From Acidimicrobiia bacterium (GTDB lineage Bacteria > Actinomycetota > Acidimicrobiia > IMCC26256 > JAENVU01): a stretch of 64,000 nucleotides of DNA. Below the pieces are notes generated by a model. The model did no database searches. It saw only the letters and a program-made list of their open reading frames with translations, and was not told the DNA's origin. The first letter of the stretch is position 1. Each line of letters begins with the position of its first letter. This document shows, one piece after another, positions 35,761 to 44,047 of this stretch. The stretch lies in contig JANPMG010000041.1 in NCBI GenBank assembly GCA_031422675.1, positions 7,166 through 71,165 on the forward strand, given 5' to 3'. A program made the translations under genes and the position numbers.

Positions 35761-35949
35761 CGGGACCTGCGTCGCGTGACCGGTCCATACCCGGCACCCC
35801 AAGTCTCGAAACTGTCCGGGTCGAAGCCTCGGCCGGTCGCCGACCCGCTGCCCTACGCTCACGGAAATGACCGACGAACCGGCACGACGGACACCAACCA
35901 ACCCGCCGGTCGGCCTTCCCGATCGGGAACGGATAGCGGGAGCGGTGGC

Positions 35950-36555
35950 GTGAGGGTCGATCACGTCGTCACCCACGGCACGTTCTCCATCGACGGCGAG
36001 GACTTCGCGGTCGACAACAACATCTGGATCGTCGGGAACGACCGTGAGTGTCTGGTCATCGACGCCGCGCACGAGGCGGCACCGATCATCGCCGGCATCG
36101 CCGGGCGTGCGGTGACCGCCATCGTGTGCACCCACGGTCACAACGACCACATCAACGTGGCGGCGGAGCTGGCCGACGCGGTGGGCGCGCCCATCGCGAT
36201 CCACCCCGACGATCACATGCTCTGGGACGTCGTGAATCCCACGCGTGCACCCGATCTCCTGATCGCCGACGGCGACCGGTTCGTCGCCGGTGAGGTGAAT
36301 CTGGTTGCGCTCCACACGCCCGGCCACTCACCCGGTGGGGTGAGCCTGTACGACGCCGCGCACGGGCACGTGTTCTCCGGCGACACGTTGTTCAACGGTG
36401 GCCCCGGCGCCACCGGACGCTCGTTCTCGGACTACGACACGATCGTCGCGTCGATCCGCGCCCGCCTCTTCAGCCTGCCGCCCGAAACAGTGGTCCACAC
36501 CGGCCACGGCGACGACACCACCATCGCCGCCGAACTCGCCAACCTCACTCGCTGA
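35950..36555 (+). CDS. MBL-fold metallo-hydrolase (S-formylmycothiol hydrolase-like partner of mscR)
   Basis: THGHNDH and HTPGHSPG metal motifs, and GDTLFNGGPGATGRS. GTG 35950 (VRVDHVVTHGTFSIDG) fits the family N-terminus. Confidence 0.85.
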   Translation: MRVDHVVTHGTFSIDGEDFAVDNNIWIVGNDRECLVIDAAHEAAPIIAGIAGRAVTAIVCTHGHNDHINVAAELADAVGAPIAIHPDDHMLWDVVNPTRAPDLLIADGDRFVAGEVNLVALHTPGHSPGGVSLYDAAHGHVFSGDTLFNGGPGATGRSFSDYDTIVASIRARLFSLPPETVVHTGHGDDTTIAAELANLTR

Positions 36556-36556
36556 C

Positions 36557-36765
36557 CCGGACGGGCCGGAACCCGACCGAGACGCAGCGCAGCGGAGTCG
36601 AGCCGCGAGGCAGCGAGTCCCGCGTCAGCCGGAACCGATAGGAGGTCGAGCGAACGAGCCATCGGGCAGCAGCGCAGCGGAGTCGAGCAGCGCGGGAGGC
36701 GTCCCCGACCACACCGCACCCAGACACCGCCACCGACGCGGCGACCGAAGCCGGACGGGCCGAAA
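36557..36765. repeat. Intergenic repeat element: two roughly 85-bp units sharing an exact 20-mer (GCAGCGCAGCGGAGTCGAGC at 36584 and 36669), bounded by a 12-nt direct repeat CCGGACGGGCCG (36557 and 36751)
   Basis: Read directly. The reverse complement resembles the 32981-33148 repeat unit (CCTCCTA..CCGG....TCGCT.CC..GGCT....CTGCGCTGC). Confidence 0.7.
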
Positions 36766-38214
36766 TTAGGTGACGCGGTGGCCGTCGTTGCGCACGACGG
36801 TGTAGCGGCCGTTGCGCATGACCAGTCCTCGCCACCGGTCGTAAGTGGCGTACCCGAGTTCTTGCGGGCCCGGGACGGCACCCGACCGATGGATGGCGCC
36901 GAAGCCGTCGAGCACCGCGTAGCCGTTGCCGCTCGGGGTGAGGACGACGTCACGAGCGATGTCGAACCCGAAGTAGGCACCACCCAGGTTCTGGACCGTG
37001 CCGATCCGCCACAGTCCGCCGAAGCCGTCGAGCACCACGATGCCCCGACCGTCGGGGGTTGCCGCCAACGATCGAGCGATGTCCCAACCCGGCCAGTACG
37101 GATAATTCCCCGCCGGCAAGCGAGCCGAACCCGAGGCATGAACGCCGCCGAGCCCGTCGAGCACGAAGTATCCGGCACCGTCGCCGGTCAGCACGATGGA
37201 GCGAGCGATGTCGAACCCGAAGTACACCGGTGAGACGTTTCGCAACGGCCCGGTCGCGGCGGATCCGAAGAGGTGGACCGCACCGAGCCCGTCGAGCACG
37301 ACGTAGCCCGCGCCGTCGGGGGTGACCTGGATGTCGCGGGCGATGTCCCAAGGGAACAACGTGTTGCCGTAGAACGGCGCCCCCACTGCGGTGACGGCGC
37401 CATTTCCGTTCAGCACGTAGTACCCGCCGTTCCCGCTCGTCACCGACCGCCCGGCGTGACGGATCGGCAGCGGACACTCGCGTGCCTCACCCAGCCCGAA
37501 CGCCAACCGATCCGCAGGACAGCTCCCCGCCTTGCCGTTGAAGGTCAGGATCCGGTTGTAGACCTGGAGGATCGTCGTCGCGTACGACGGCGAACTCGCC
37601 CATCGACCCGGCCCGCCCATCTGGTTCCAGGTCGGTGCATCGCCCTTCGCGAAAAAGGTGTCGAAGTTGTAGATCGCGAGGGCCGGATCGAGCACGCCAC
37701 TCGACCGGCGGCCGTACCACTCCACCACGGGCGGGTTCGCGAGCAGGATCGCCCGCGAGTTCGGGTCGGCGAAGTTCTTCAAGTGTTGGATCTGAGCCCG
37801 GATCCCGGTGCGTGCAGTCGGGAACTGGCGCCCCGAGTTGCACGAGTCGCACGCGCCCATGCCCGCGTAGTTGTAGTTCTCGGGTTTGACGATGCTGCCG
37901 ACGAAACCGAAGTAACCCGTCTCCACCACAGACTGGGCGAAGGCGAGGTCGCCACGCACGCCCTCGGCGCGTCCCTCGGCGATGTAGTAGCTCGCAAGCT
38001 GCTTCATCGACACCGGAATCGCGGGAGTACGGCCGGTCGCGGCGTACCAGCTTGCGAGTTGAGACGCAGTGAGGATGCTCGGACCCATCACCGGAACACC
38101 CTCGGTGGCTCCGGCAGCACCGGCGACCGGAATGTCGGTGCCACTCGGGATGCCGGTCGAGACCAGCAACGCACTCACGATGAGTGCGCGCACGAAATAG
38201 CTGAGTGACCGCAT
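36766..38214 (-). CDS. secreted glucosaminidase-like cell-wall hydrolase fused to 5-6 tandem repeats of about 45 aa (beta-propeller-like)
   Basis: Signal peptide MRSLSYFVRALIVSALLVS. The catalytic-domain motif is GDLAFAQSVVETGYFGF...NYAGMGACDSC. The C-terminus carries repeated DIAR.(I/V).(L/V)TPDG.GY.VLDG.G..H units. The ORF is open to TTG 38232. Confidence 0.75.
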   Translation of the reverse strand: MRSLSYFVRALIVSALLVSTGIPSGTDIPVAGAAGATEGVPVMGPSILTASQLASWYAATGRTPAIPVSMKQLASYYIAEGRAEGVRGDLAFAQSVVETGYFGFVGSIVKPENYNYAGMGACDSCNSGRQFPTARTGIRAQIQHLKNFADPNSRAILLANPPVVEWYGRRSSGVLDPALAIYNFDTFFAKGDAPTWNQMGGPGRWASSPSYATTILQVYNRILTFNGKAGSCPADRLAFGLGEARECPLPIRHAGRSVTSGNGGYYVLNGNGAVTAVGAPFYGNTLFPWDIARDIQVTPDGAGYVVLDGLGAVHLFGSAATGPLRNVSPVYFGFDIARSIVLTGDGAGYFVLDGLGGVHASGSARLPAGNYPYWPGWDIARSLAATPDGRGIVVLDGFGGLWRIGTVQNLGGAYFGFDIARDVVLTPSGNGYAVLDGFGAIHRSGAVPGPQELGYATYDRWRGLVMRNGRYTVVRNDGHRVT

Positions 38215-38282
38215 GATGGCTTTCTTCGGCAACAGAAGGCGCTCAGTTCAGCACGGATCGTGGCCCGCACCGCGAATCGACA

Positions 38283-38882
38283 TCACGTTCCGTGAGTATC
38301 ACCGCCGGCCGAAACGTCCCGCACGTGCACCGAAACGGCATAACCGCCGCCCTCATATGGTTGCGCCATCCAGGTCGCAAACCGGCCGGCCAGGGACATT
38401 CCCGCCTCAACCGCGAGTGCGTCGAACCGATCGAGCGGCAGCCGGTCGGCCCGGACCTGGAAGCCGGTGATCAGGCGACCACCCGGGAGCACGTGACGGG
38501 CGAGGTTGGCGACGACGGCCCCCTCGGTGCCCGGCGCCAGGAAGATCATCACGTTCCCGGCCGCCACGATCACATCGAACCCACGGCCCAGATCCACGGT
38601 CGCCAGATCAGCCCGATGCCATTCGATCTCCGGGTCCTTCGTCGTGGCCCGTGCGATGAAACCCGCATCGAGGTCCACGCCAACGGTTTCGATACCCCGC
38701 CGCGCGAGTTCGATTGCGACCCGCCCGGTCCCACACCCGGCGTCGAGGACGGACTGCGGCTCAAAACCCACGACGAAGCTCGCCTCTCCGTGAGGGTCCT
38801 CACCACTCGCCGCGAGCCGTTCCCAGCGCGCGTCGTACTCGGACCCCGAGGACCGTTGCTCCGCGCCCCAGCGTGTGCTCAT
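38283..38882 (-). CDS. class I SAM-dependent methyltransferase
   Basis: VLDAGCGTGRVAIELARRG motif I. There is a 4-nt overlap with the upstream GT-C gene. Confidence 0.85.
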   Translation of the reverse strand: MSTRWGAEQRSSGSEYDARWERLAASGEDPHGEASFVVGFEPQSVLDAGCGTGRVAIELARRGIETVGVDLDAGFIARATTKDPEIEWHRADLATVDLGRGFDVIVAAGNVMIFLAPGTEGAVVANLARHVLPGGRLITGFQVRADRLPLDRFDALAVEAGMSLAGRFATWMAQPYEGGGYAVSVHVRDVSAGGDTHGT

Positions 38883-40465
38883 CGGGGTCCGGCGACCCGC
38901 GACGGGACGCGGTGCTCGTAGACCGCGATGCCGTCGATCGTGCGGACGTAGCGATATCCGCGTTTCACGAACTTGTCGAACGCGACCAACGAACTCATCG
39001 GGTGGAACTGCGATCCACGAATCGCGGCGGAGGTGGTGTCGAGGATGTAGCGGGGTGGGCGCAACCGCAGGTCGCTCATCAACATGACTCGGGCACCCGG
39101 CGTGGGGACGTCGGCCGAGCGATTTCCCGCGGGGCGACCACCCCAGTCGCCCAAGTAAAACCCGCTCGAGAGGAAGCGCGTGGCCGGGCGGGCCCCGGAC
39201 GCCCAGTAGATCTCGGGCAGATGACCCCAGACGAACACCGAATCCTGCGGCCGCACCCGGGACTTCAGGTACGCGCTCACCCCTTGATATTTCGGCTCGT
39301 CACCCCACGGCCGGATCGTGAAACCCACGGCAGTGAATCCGACGGCCGCCGCCGCGGCCACCGCAATCGTCGCCTTCACTACCGGAGTCCGCATCCGATG
39401 GAGCGCGCTCGCGCTCAGCAGACAGAGGGGTGGCAGCAGCTGCAGGTAGTAGTGACCGAAGAAACGCAGCCCCACCGCCACGGAGAGCGCGGCCGAGAGC
39501 AGCCAGAGCCAGAGGTCGGTGTCCACGCCGCGCGCCCGGTTGCGCCACGCCCGCGGGACGGTCCAGAGGATTGGGAGATTGCAGGCAACGAACGCGAAGG
39601 TCATGACCGCGAACAGACCCGCGACGTACAACGTGGCGCTACCCAGACCGAAGTACGAACCGTTCCCGGCCACGGCCCAGAACAGCAGATCGCCGGGACC
39701 GACCAAGATGGCGACCACCCCGAGCGGGATCAGGAACGCGACGAGTCCGTGCCGCACCCCGCGAATACCCCGGTATCGCCAGAGCAGATACCCAACGGGC
39801 AGCAGCGTTGCCGCGCCGGTCTGCTTGGCCAACGTGGCGAGTGCCACCGCGACGCCTGCACCGCGCGGCCGATCCCGCGCCGCGAAGATCACTGCGGCCG
39901 TCATCGCCGGGAGCATGAAGACCTCGAAGTTCGCCGCTTGACCATCTTGGGGCGCGAACGCGACCGACGCACAGACGAAGAGCAGGGCCGCGATCCAACC
40001 GGCGCGCTCACCCCATCGCCGACGCGCCTCGGCGGCGAGCAGCAGGGCAGTCAACGCGACTGCCAGCATCGCGACCACCCGAACCGACCAGAGCGCCGTG
40101 CTCCCCACGACCGCAAAGGTCGCGGCGTACAGATACGGAACCAACGGCGGCTTACGGTCGGTGGCCTCCTCGTAGAGCGACCCGCCGTTACGGATCACCT
40201 GAGCCTGCGTGGCGAGGAACGTCTCATCCGAGTTGAAGACATCCACGAAGAACGCAGGGAGCCGCAGCGTGATGCTCAGGAGCAGCACCGCCACCACCAA
40301 CGGCCACCGGCGCGGCCGGGCCGGATCGCCCGCGACCGGATCACCCGCGACCGGATCGCCCGGAACCGGATCGCCAGATGGCGCGACCAGTTCGGAGCTT
40401 CGGAGTTCATGTTGTACGGGATTCCCAACCACGAAGTCACCATTCTGGCCGCGATCCGCCGGCAC
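38879..40465 (-). CDS. GT-C fold membrane glycosyltransferase (GT39/ArnT/PMT-like)
   Basis: About 12 predicted TM segments. The first-loop motif FNSDETFLATQAQ...DRKPPLVPYLYA is typical of ArnT/PMT-2 type enzymes. The N-terminus is uncertain because it contains GDPVA repeats. Confidence 0.7.
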   Translation of the reverse strand: MPADRGQNGDFVVGNPVQHELRSSELVAPSGDPVPGDPVAGDPVAGDPARPRRWPLVVAVLLLSITLRLPAFFVDVFNSDETFLATQAQVIRNGGSLYEEATDRKPPLVPYLYAATFAVVGSTALWSVRVVAMLAVALTALLLAAEARRRWGERAGWIAALLFVCASVAFAPQDGQAANFEVFMLPAMTAAVIFAARDRPRGAGVAVALATLAKQTGAATLLPVGYLLWRYRGIRGVRHGLVAFLIPLGVVAILVGPGDLLFWAVAGNGSYFGLGSATLYVAGLFAVMTFAFVACNLPILWTVPRAWRNRARGVDTDLWLWLLSAALSVAVGLRFFGHYYLQLLPPLCLLSASALHRMRTPVVKATIAVAAAAAVGFTAVGFTIRPWGDEPKYQGVSAYLKSRVRPQDSVFVWGHLPEIYWASGARPATRFLSSGFYLGDWGGRPAGNRSADVPTPGARVMLMSDLRLRPPRYILDTTSAAIRGSQFHPMSSLVAFDKFVKRGYRYVRTIDGIAVYEHRVPSRVAGPR

Positions 40466-40515
40466 CCGATGATCGCCACGATTTCGGGCGGCGGGAATGG
40501 CATGATCGAGGCTTC

Positions 40516-42837
40516 ATGAGTTCTGGCGGCCGGGCCATCGCGCTCGCGATTCTCTGCGCGATCGCGCTCGCGGCTGTCCCGGGCGAGTCCGGCGCCGCGG
40601 CCGAGACCGCGGCCGCGGCCAAAGTCGCGGCCAAAACCGCGGCGCACGCGCGGAGCCTGTTGGTCATCACCCTCCCAGCCACCACGTGGCGCGACGTCCG
40701 CGCCGGTGACACGCCGAATCTCGATCGGTTGTTCCGGACGAGCGCAATGGCCGACCTCGCGACGCGTTCCGTTCGGGCGCGCACCGACGCCGGGACCGGC
40801 TATCTCGCATTGGGTGCCGGCACGCGCGCAGTCGGAAATGGCGACGCCGCGGCCACGAACCTCGAGTCCGACGAACGCTACGAGGACTCGGATGCGGCGG
40901 CCGTCTTCCGTCGCCGCACCGGGCGTACCTTCTCCACCGGCATCGGCGCACTCGGTTGGCCGAGTCTGCAGGCGCAGAACGACCCGCTTACCTACGGCGC
41001 GGTGCTCGGTCAGCTCGGCGAATCACTCGACGCCGGAAACATCGACCGCCGGGTCATCGCCAACGCCGACGAACAGGGACCGGATGCGCCCGTCCTGCAT
41101 CGTGAGGCGGCGCTCAGCCTCATGGACACCGACGGCCGGGTGGACGGCGCCGTCAGCAACCTCTTGATGCGGGACCCGAGTGCGCCGTACGGCGAACGAC
41201 TCGACCCGGACGCGGTCATGGCCGAGTTCCCGGCGGACTTCCAATCTCGCCGGCAGGTCGTGCTCGTCGAAGCCTCGGACTTGGCACGCGCCGACAGCTA
41301 CCGCCCCCTCGCCGCACCGGCACCGCGAGCCGCCCTGCAGCGAGCTGCCCTCCGTCACACCGATCAGCTCGTCGGTCGCCTCCTGGCCCGCGTGGACCTC
41401 GAGCGAGATGCCGTCCTGGTCCTCGGCCCCTACCACCCGAGCCGAGCCCGCACGCTGACGGTGGCGGCGATCCACGCGCCCGGTCTCGCTCCGGGGCTCC
41501 TCGAATCGTCCACCACCCGGCGCGCGGGTTTCGTCCAGATCGTCGACCTCGCGCCCACGATCCTCGATCTCGTCGGGCTCGCCCGGCCGGACTCGATGGA
41601 GGGGCGGCCGGCCCGGGTGAGCACGACCGGCTCCTCCTACGGAGCGCGGCTGGACCAGCTCAGCCGTTTCGATCGCGCCGCGCAGTTTCGCGACGCGACG
41701 ATCGGACCGGCGGTGGCAACCCTCGTGACGGTGACGATCGTGCTCGTCGTCCTCGCCGGATTCGGCCTCGCGTTCTACCGCCGCCCATGGTTCCGCGTCG
41801 GGCTGCGCTGGGCATCACTTGCGTTCCTGGGTTTCATGGCGGCCACGTTCGTCGTCGGTGCCTTCCCGATGTACCGGTGGGGCACTGGCACCTACTTCAC
41901 CGTGGTCACGGCGATCGCGATCGCAATCGCCGGCGTGGCGCTCGGACTCGGGCGCCGATCCATGATCGATCCCGTCCTCCTCGTGCTCGGCGCGGTCATC
42001 GCGCTCCATCTCGTCGATCTCGTGAGCGGCGCGCGCCTCGAACTCAATACCGTGTTCGGTTACTCGCCGACGGTGGGTATCCGACTCGCGGGCATCGGCA
42101 ACCCGGCTTCGGCCGAACTCTCCGCGTCCGCGCTCCTGTTCGCGATCCTCCTTCCGATGCGCGCACCGGTGCGCGGCCCGATGATCGGCGATGGGTTGCT
42201 GCTCGTGACGTTCGTCATCGTTGCGGCACCGATGTTCGGCCAGGACTTCGGCGGCGCACTCAGCCTTGGGCCGATCATCGCGTTGTGGTGGCTGCTGCGT
42301 TCCGGACGGCGCGTGCGGGCACGCACGGTTCTGATCCTGACGGCAGTGCTCGTCGGCGCGGGGCTGCTCGCCGGCTTCGTCGACCTCAGCCGACCCGCCA
42401 ACCAACGCACCCACGTCGGCCGGCTCTTCGAGAAGATCGGCTCGGACGGCATCGGGAGCCTCGTCACCGTCGTCGGCCGTAAGGCCTCGCTGATGTTCGG
42501 CACCTTCTCGAACACCGCCTGGGTGCTGCTCGTGCTCAGCGTGCTGATCGGGCTCGCAATCGCGACCGTCAAGACCGACCTCTTGACGCGCGTCGTCGAG
42601 CGGGTTCCGACCCTCCGCCTCGGACTCGTCGCGTTCGGGGTCCTCGTGGTCCTCGCGACGGCACTCAACGATTCCGGGGTCCAGATCGCCGGTGTGATGC
42701 TCGCCACGCTGTTGGCGGTCCTCGTCTACCTGTCCACCCGCGTCGAGGACGAGCTGACTGCTGGTCAGGTCACCGACCGAGATGCCGGCGAAGCTACGGG
42801 CGGGAGTGGACCAGCGCCCGTGCGTTCTCACGCATGA
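40516..42837 (+). CDS. large membrane protein: N-terminal extracytoplasmic alkaline-phosphatase-superfamily-like domain plus a C-terminal polytopic domain
   Basis: Signal/TM segment at ATG 40516. LLVITLPATTWRDVRAGDTPNLDRL resembles the AP/sulfatase-fold N-terminus but lacks C/S-x-P-x-R. About 10 TM helices follow residue 430. Confidence 0.65.
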   Translation: MSSGGRAIALAILCAIALAAVPGESGAAAETAAAAKVAAKTAAHARSLLVITLPATTWRDVRAGDTPNLDRLFRTSAMADLATRSVRARTDAGTGYLALGAGTRAVGNGDAAATNLESDERYEDSDAAAVFRRRTGRTFSTGIGALGWPSLQAQNDPLTYGAVLGQLGESLDAGNIDRRVIANADEQGPDAPVLHREAALSLMDTDGRVDGAVSNLLMRDPSAPYGERLDPDAVMAEFPADFQSRRQVVLVEASDLARADSYRPLAAPAPRAALQRAALRHTDQLVGRLLARVDLERDAVLVLGPYHPSRARTLTVAAIHAPGLAPGLLESSTTRRAGFVQIVDLAPTILDLVGLARPDSMEGRPARVSTTGSSYGARLDQLSRFDRAAQFRDATIGPAVATLVTVTIVLVVLAGFGLAFYRRPWFRVGLRWASLAFLGFMAATFVVGAFPMYRWGTGTYFTVVTAIAIAIAGVALGLGRRSMIDPVLLVLGAVIALHLVDLVSGARLELNTVFGYSPTVGIRLAGIGNPASAELSASALLFAILLPMRAPVRGPMIGDGLLLVTFVIVAAPMFGQDFGGALSLGPIIALWWLLRSGRRVRARTVLILTAVLVGAGLLAGFVDLSRPANQRTHVGRLFEKIGSDGIGSLVTVVGRKASLMFGTFSNTAWVLLVLSVLIGLAIATVKTDLLTRVVERVPTLRLGLVAFGVLVVLATALNDSGVQIAGVMLATLLAVLVYLSTRVEDELTAGQVTDRDAGEATGGSGPAPVRSHA

Positions 42838-43972
42838 TCGCCCGCACTTCGTGCTCGTCGAAGCCGTCGAGGTCCTTCACGAAGGTCGCCGGATCTGCGA
42901 GGCCCTCGGCGTGGGGGAAGTCGGAGCCGAACACGATGCGCTCGGACCCGATGCTCGCCTTCAGCGCGAGGAGATCGTCCTCGTAGTAGGGCGACACCCA
43001 CACGTGATCCCGGAGCGCAGCGACCGGGTCACCGCCGGCGAACGCGCCCGGCACCTGCGCGTACGACTTCTTCATCTTCTTCACCAGCACCGGGACCCAC
43101 TCACTCCCGGACTCGATGGTGGCCACCCGAAGGGCGGGATGCCGTGCGAACACACCGTGACAGATGAGCGCCGCCATGGTGTCGTAGATCGGCCGGTCCG
43201 CCGACGTGATCGTCGTGAACGGATTGTGGCGGAACGCTTCCATTTCGCTGCTCTCGCCCCACTCCACCGCGTACCGGTGGTAGCCACTCTCGCCCGAGTG
43301 GTAGGCGACCAGCGTGCCGGCCTCGGCGAGGCGCGCCCAGAGCGGGTCATAGACCGCGTCGCCCGGCGAGCGGAACCCCGAGGGGGCCTGTACCGGACCG
43401 GCGCGCATCACGATGACCTTCGCACCTTGGCCGAGCATCCAGTCGACTTCGCCGAGGGCACGATCGGGATCGAGCAGCGTGAGATACGGAGCCGCGAAGA
43501 TCCGGTCCTGATAGTTGAACTTCCAATCGTCGAGCATCCACTCGTTGAACGCGTGGAAGGCGACGTGGGCGGCATCGGGATCGTGGACCAGGCTCTGCTC
43601 CATCCCCACGCCGAGGGTGGGGAACAACAGACATCCCTCCATGCGCTGCTCGTCCATGAGCGCGATCCGGGCCGCGGGTTCGCGGTACGCCGGGCTGATC
43701 GGATCGAGCTCGCCGAACGCGGCCCGAATGTCGTCGCCGGCCGATTGACCGCGGAAGTAGTCGTCGAGTGCACCGGGCTTCGCCACCGGATCGAAGGTCG
43801 GGTTCGGGATGAACCGGTTGATACGGCCGGCCACCATCAGGCGCTGTTTCCCGTTCAGCTCCACCCATTGCATCGCCCGCTTCGCCATCGCTTTCGGGAC
43901 GTGGCGCGTGAACGCGTCGGTGGCTTCGTAATAGTGATTGTCAGCGTCGAAGAGCTCGTAGTCCAAGGTCAT
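42794..43972 (-). CDS. amidohydrolase-2 (ACMSD-like) family protein
   Basis: MTLDYELFDADNHYYE N-terminus and the FGSDFPHAEG C-terminal metal motif. Confidence 0.8.
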   Translation of the reverse strand: MTLDYELFDADNHYYEATDAFTRHVPKAMAKRAMQWVELNGKQRLMVAGRINRFIPNPTFDPVAKPGALDDYFRGQSAGDDIRAAFGELDPISPAYREPAARIALMDEQRMEGCLLFPTLGVGMEQSLVHDPDAAHVAFHAFNEWMLDDWKFNYQDRIFAAPYLTLLDPDRALGEVDWMLGQGAKVIVMRAGPVQAPSGFRSPGDAVYDPLWARLAEAGTLVAYHSGESGYHRYAVEWGESSEMEAFRHNPFTTITSADRPIYDTMAALICHGVFARHPALRVATIESGSEWVPVLVKKMKKSYAQVPGAFAGGDPVAALRDHVWVSPYYEDDLLALKASIGSERIVFGSDFPHAEGLADPATFVKDLDGFDEHEVRAIMRENARALVHSRP

Positions 43973-44047
43973 GGACCGACGGTAGCCCGCGCGCAGATTT
44001 CCCGTCCGGACGAGCGCGGGGCGGGACCCGGGCGGAGTTTGGAAGCG

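Noticed and set aside
35651-35797. N-terminal extension of the ECF sigma containing GVAWRGVAWRGVAWR
   Set aside because: The extension is simply the translation of the (CACGC)8 microsatellite. Sigma region 2 homology begins well downstream, and TTG 35650 with an upstream GGGGA is a more plausible start.
35867-35953. A 28-codon uORF (MTDEPARRTPTNPPVGLPDRERIAGAVA) whose TGA overlaps the GTG of the MBL hydrolase
   Set aside because: The geometry resembles the serA uORF, but the wobble positions are only weakly G/C-biased, there is no SD and no duplicated initiation region. It is probably fortuitous.
40516-42837. Candidate sulfatase substrate for the anSME-like radical SAM enzyme
   Set aside because: An AP/sulfatase-like N-terminal motif (TPNLDRL) is present, but the C/S-x-P-x-R formylglycine site is absent. 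The gene also lies 16 kb away on the other strand.
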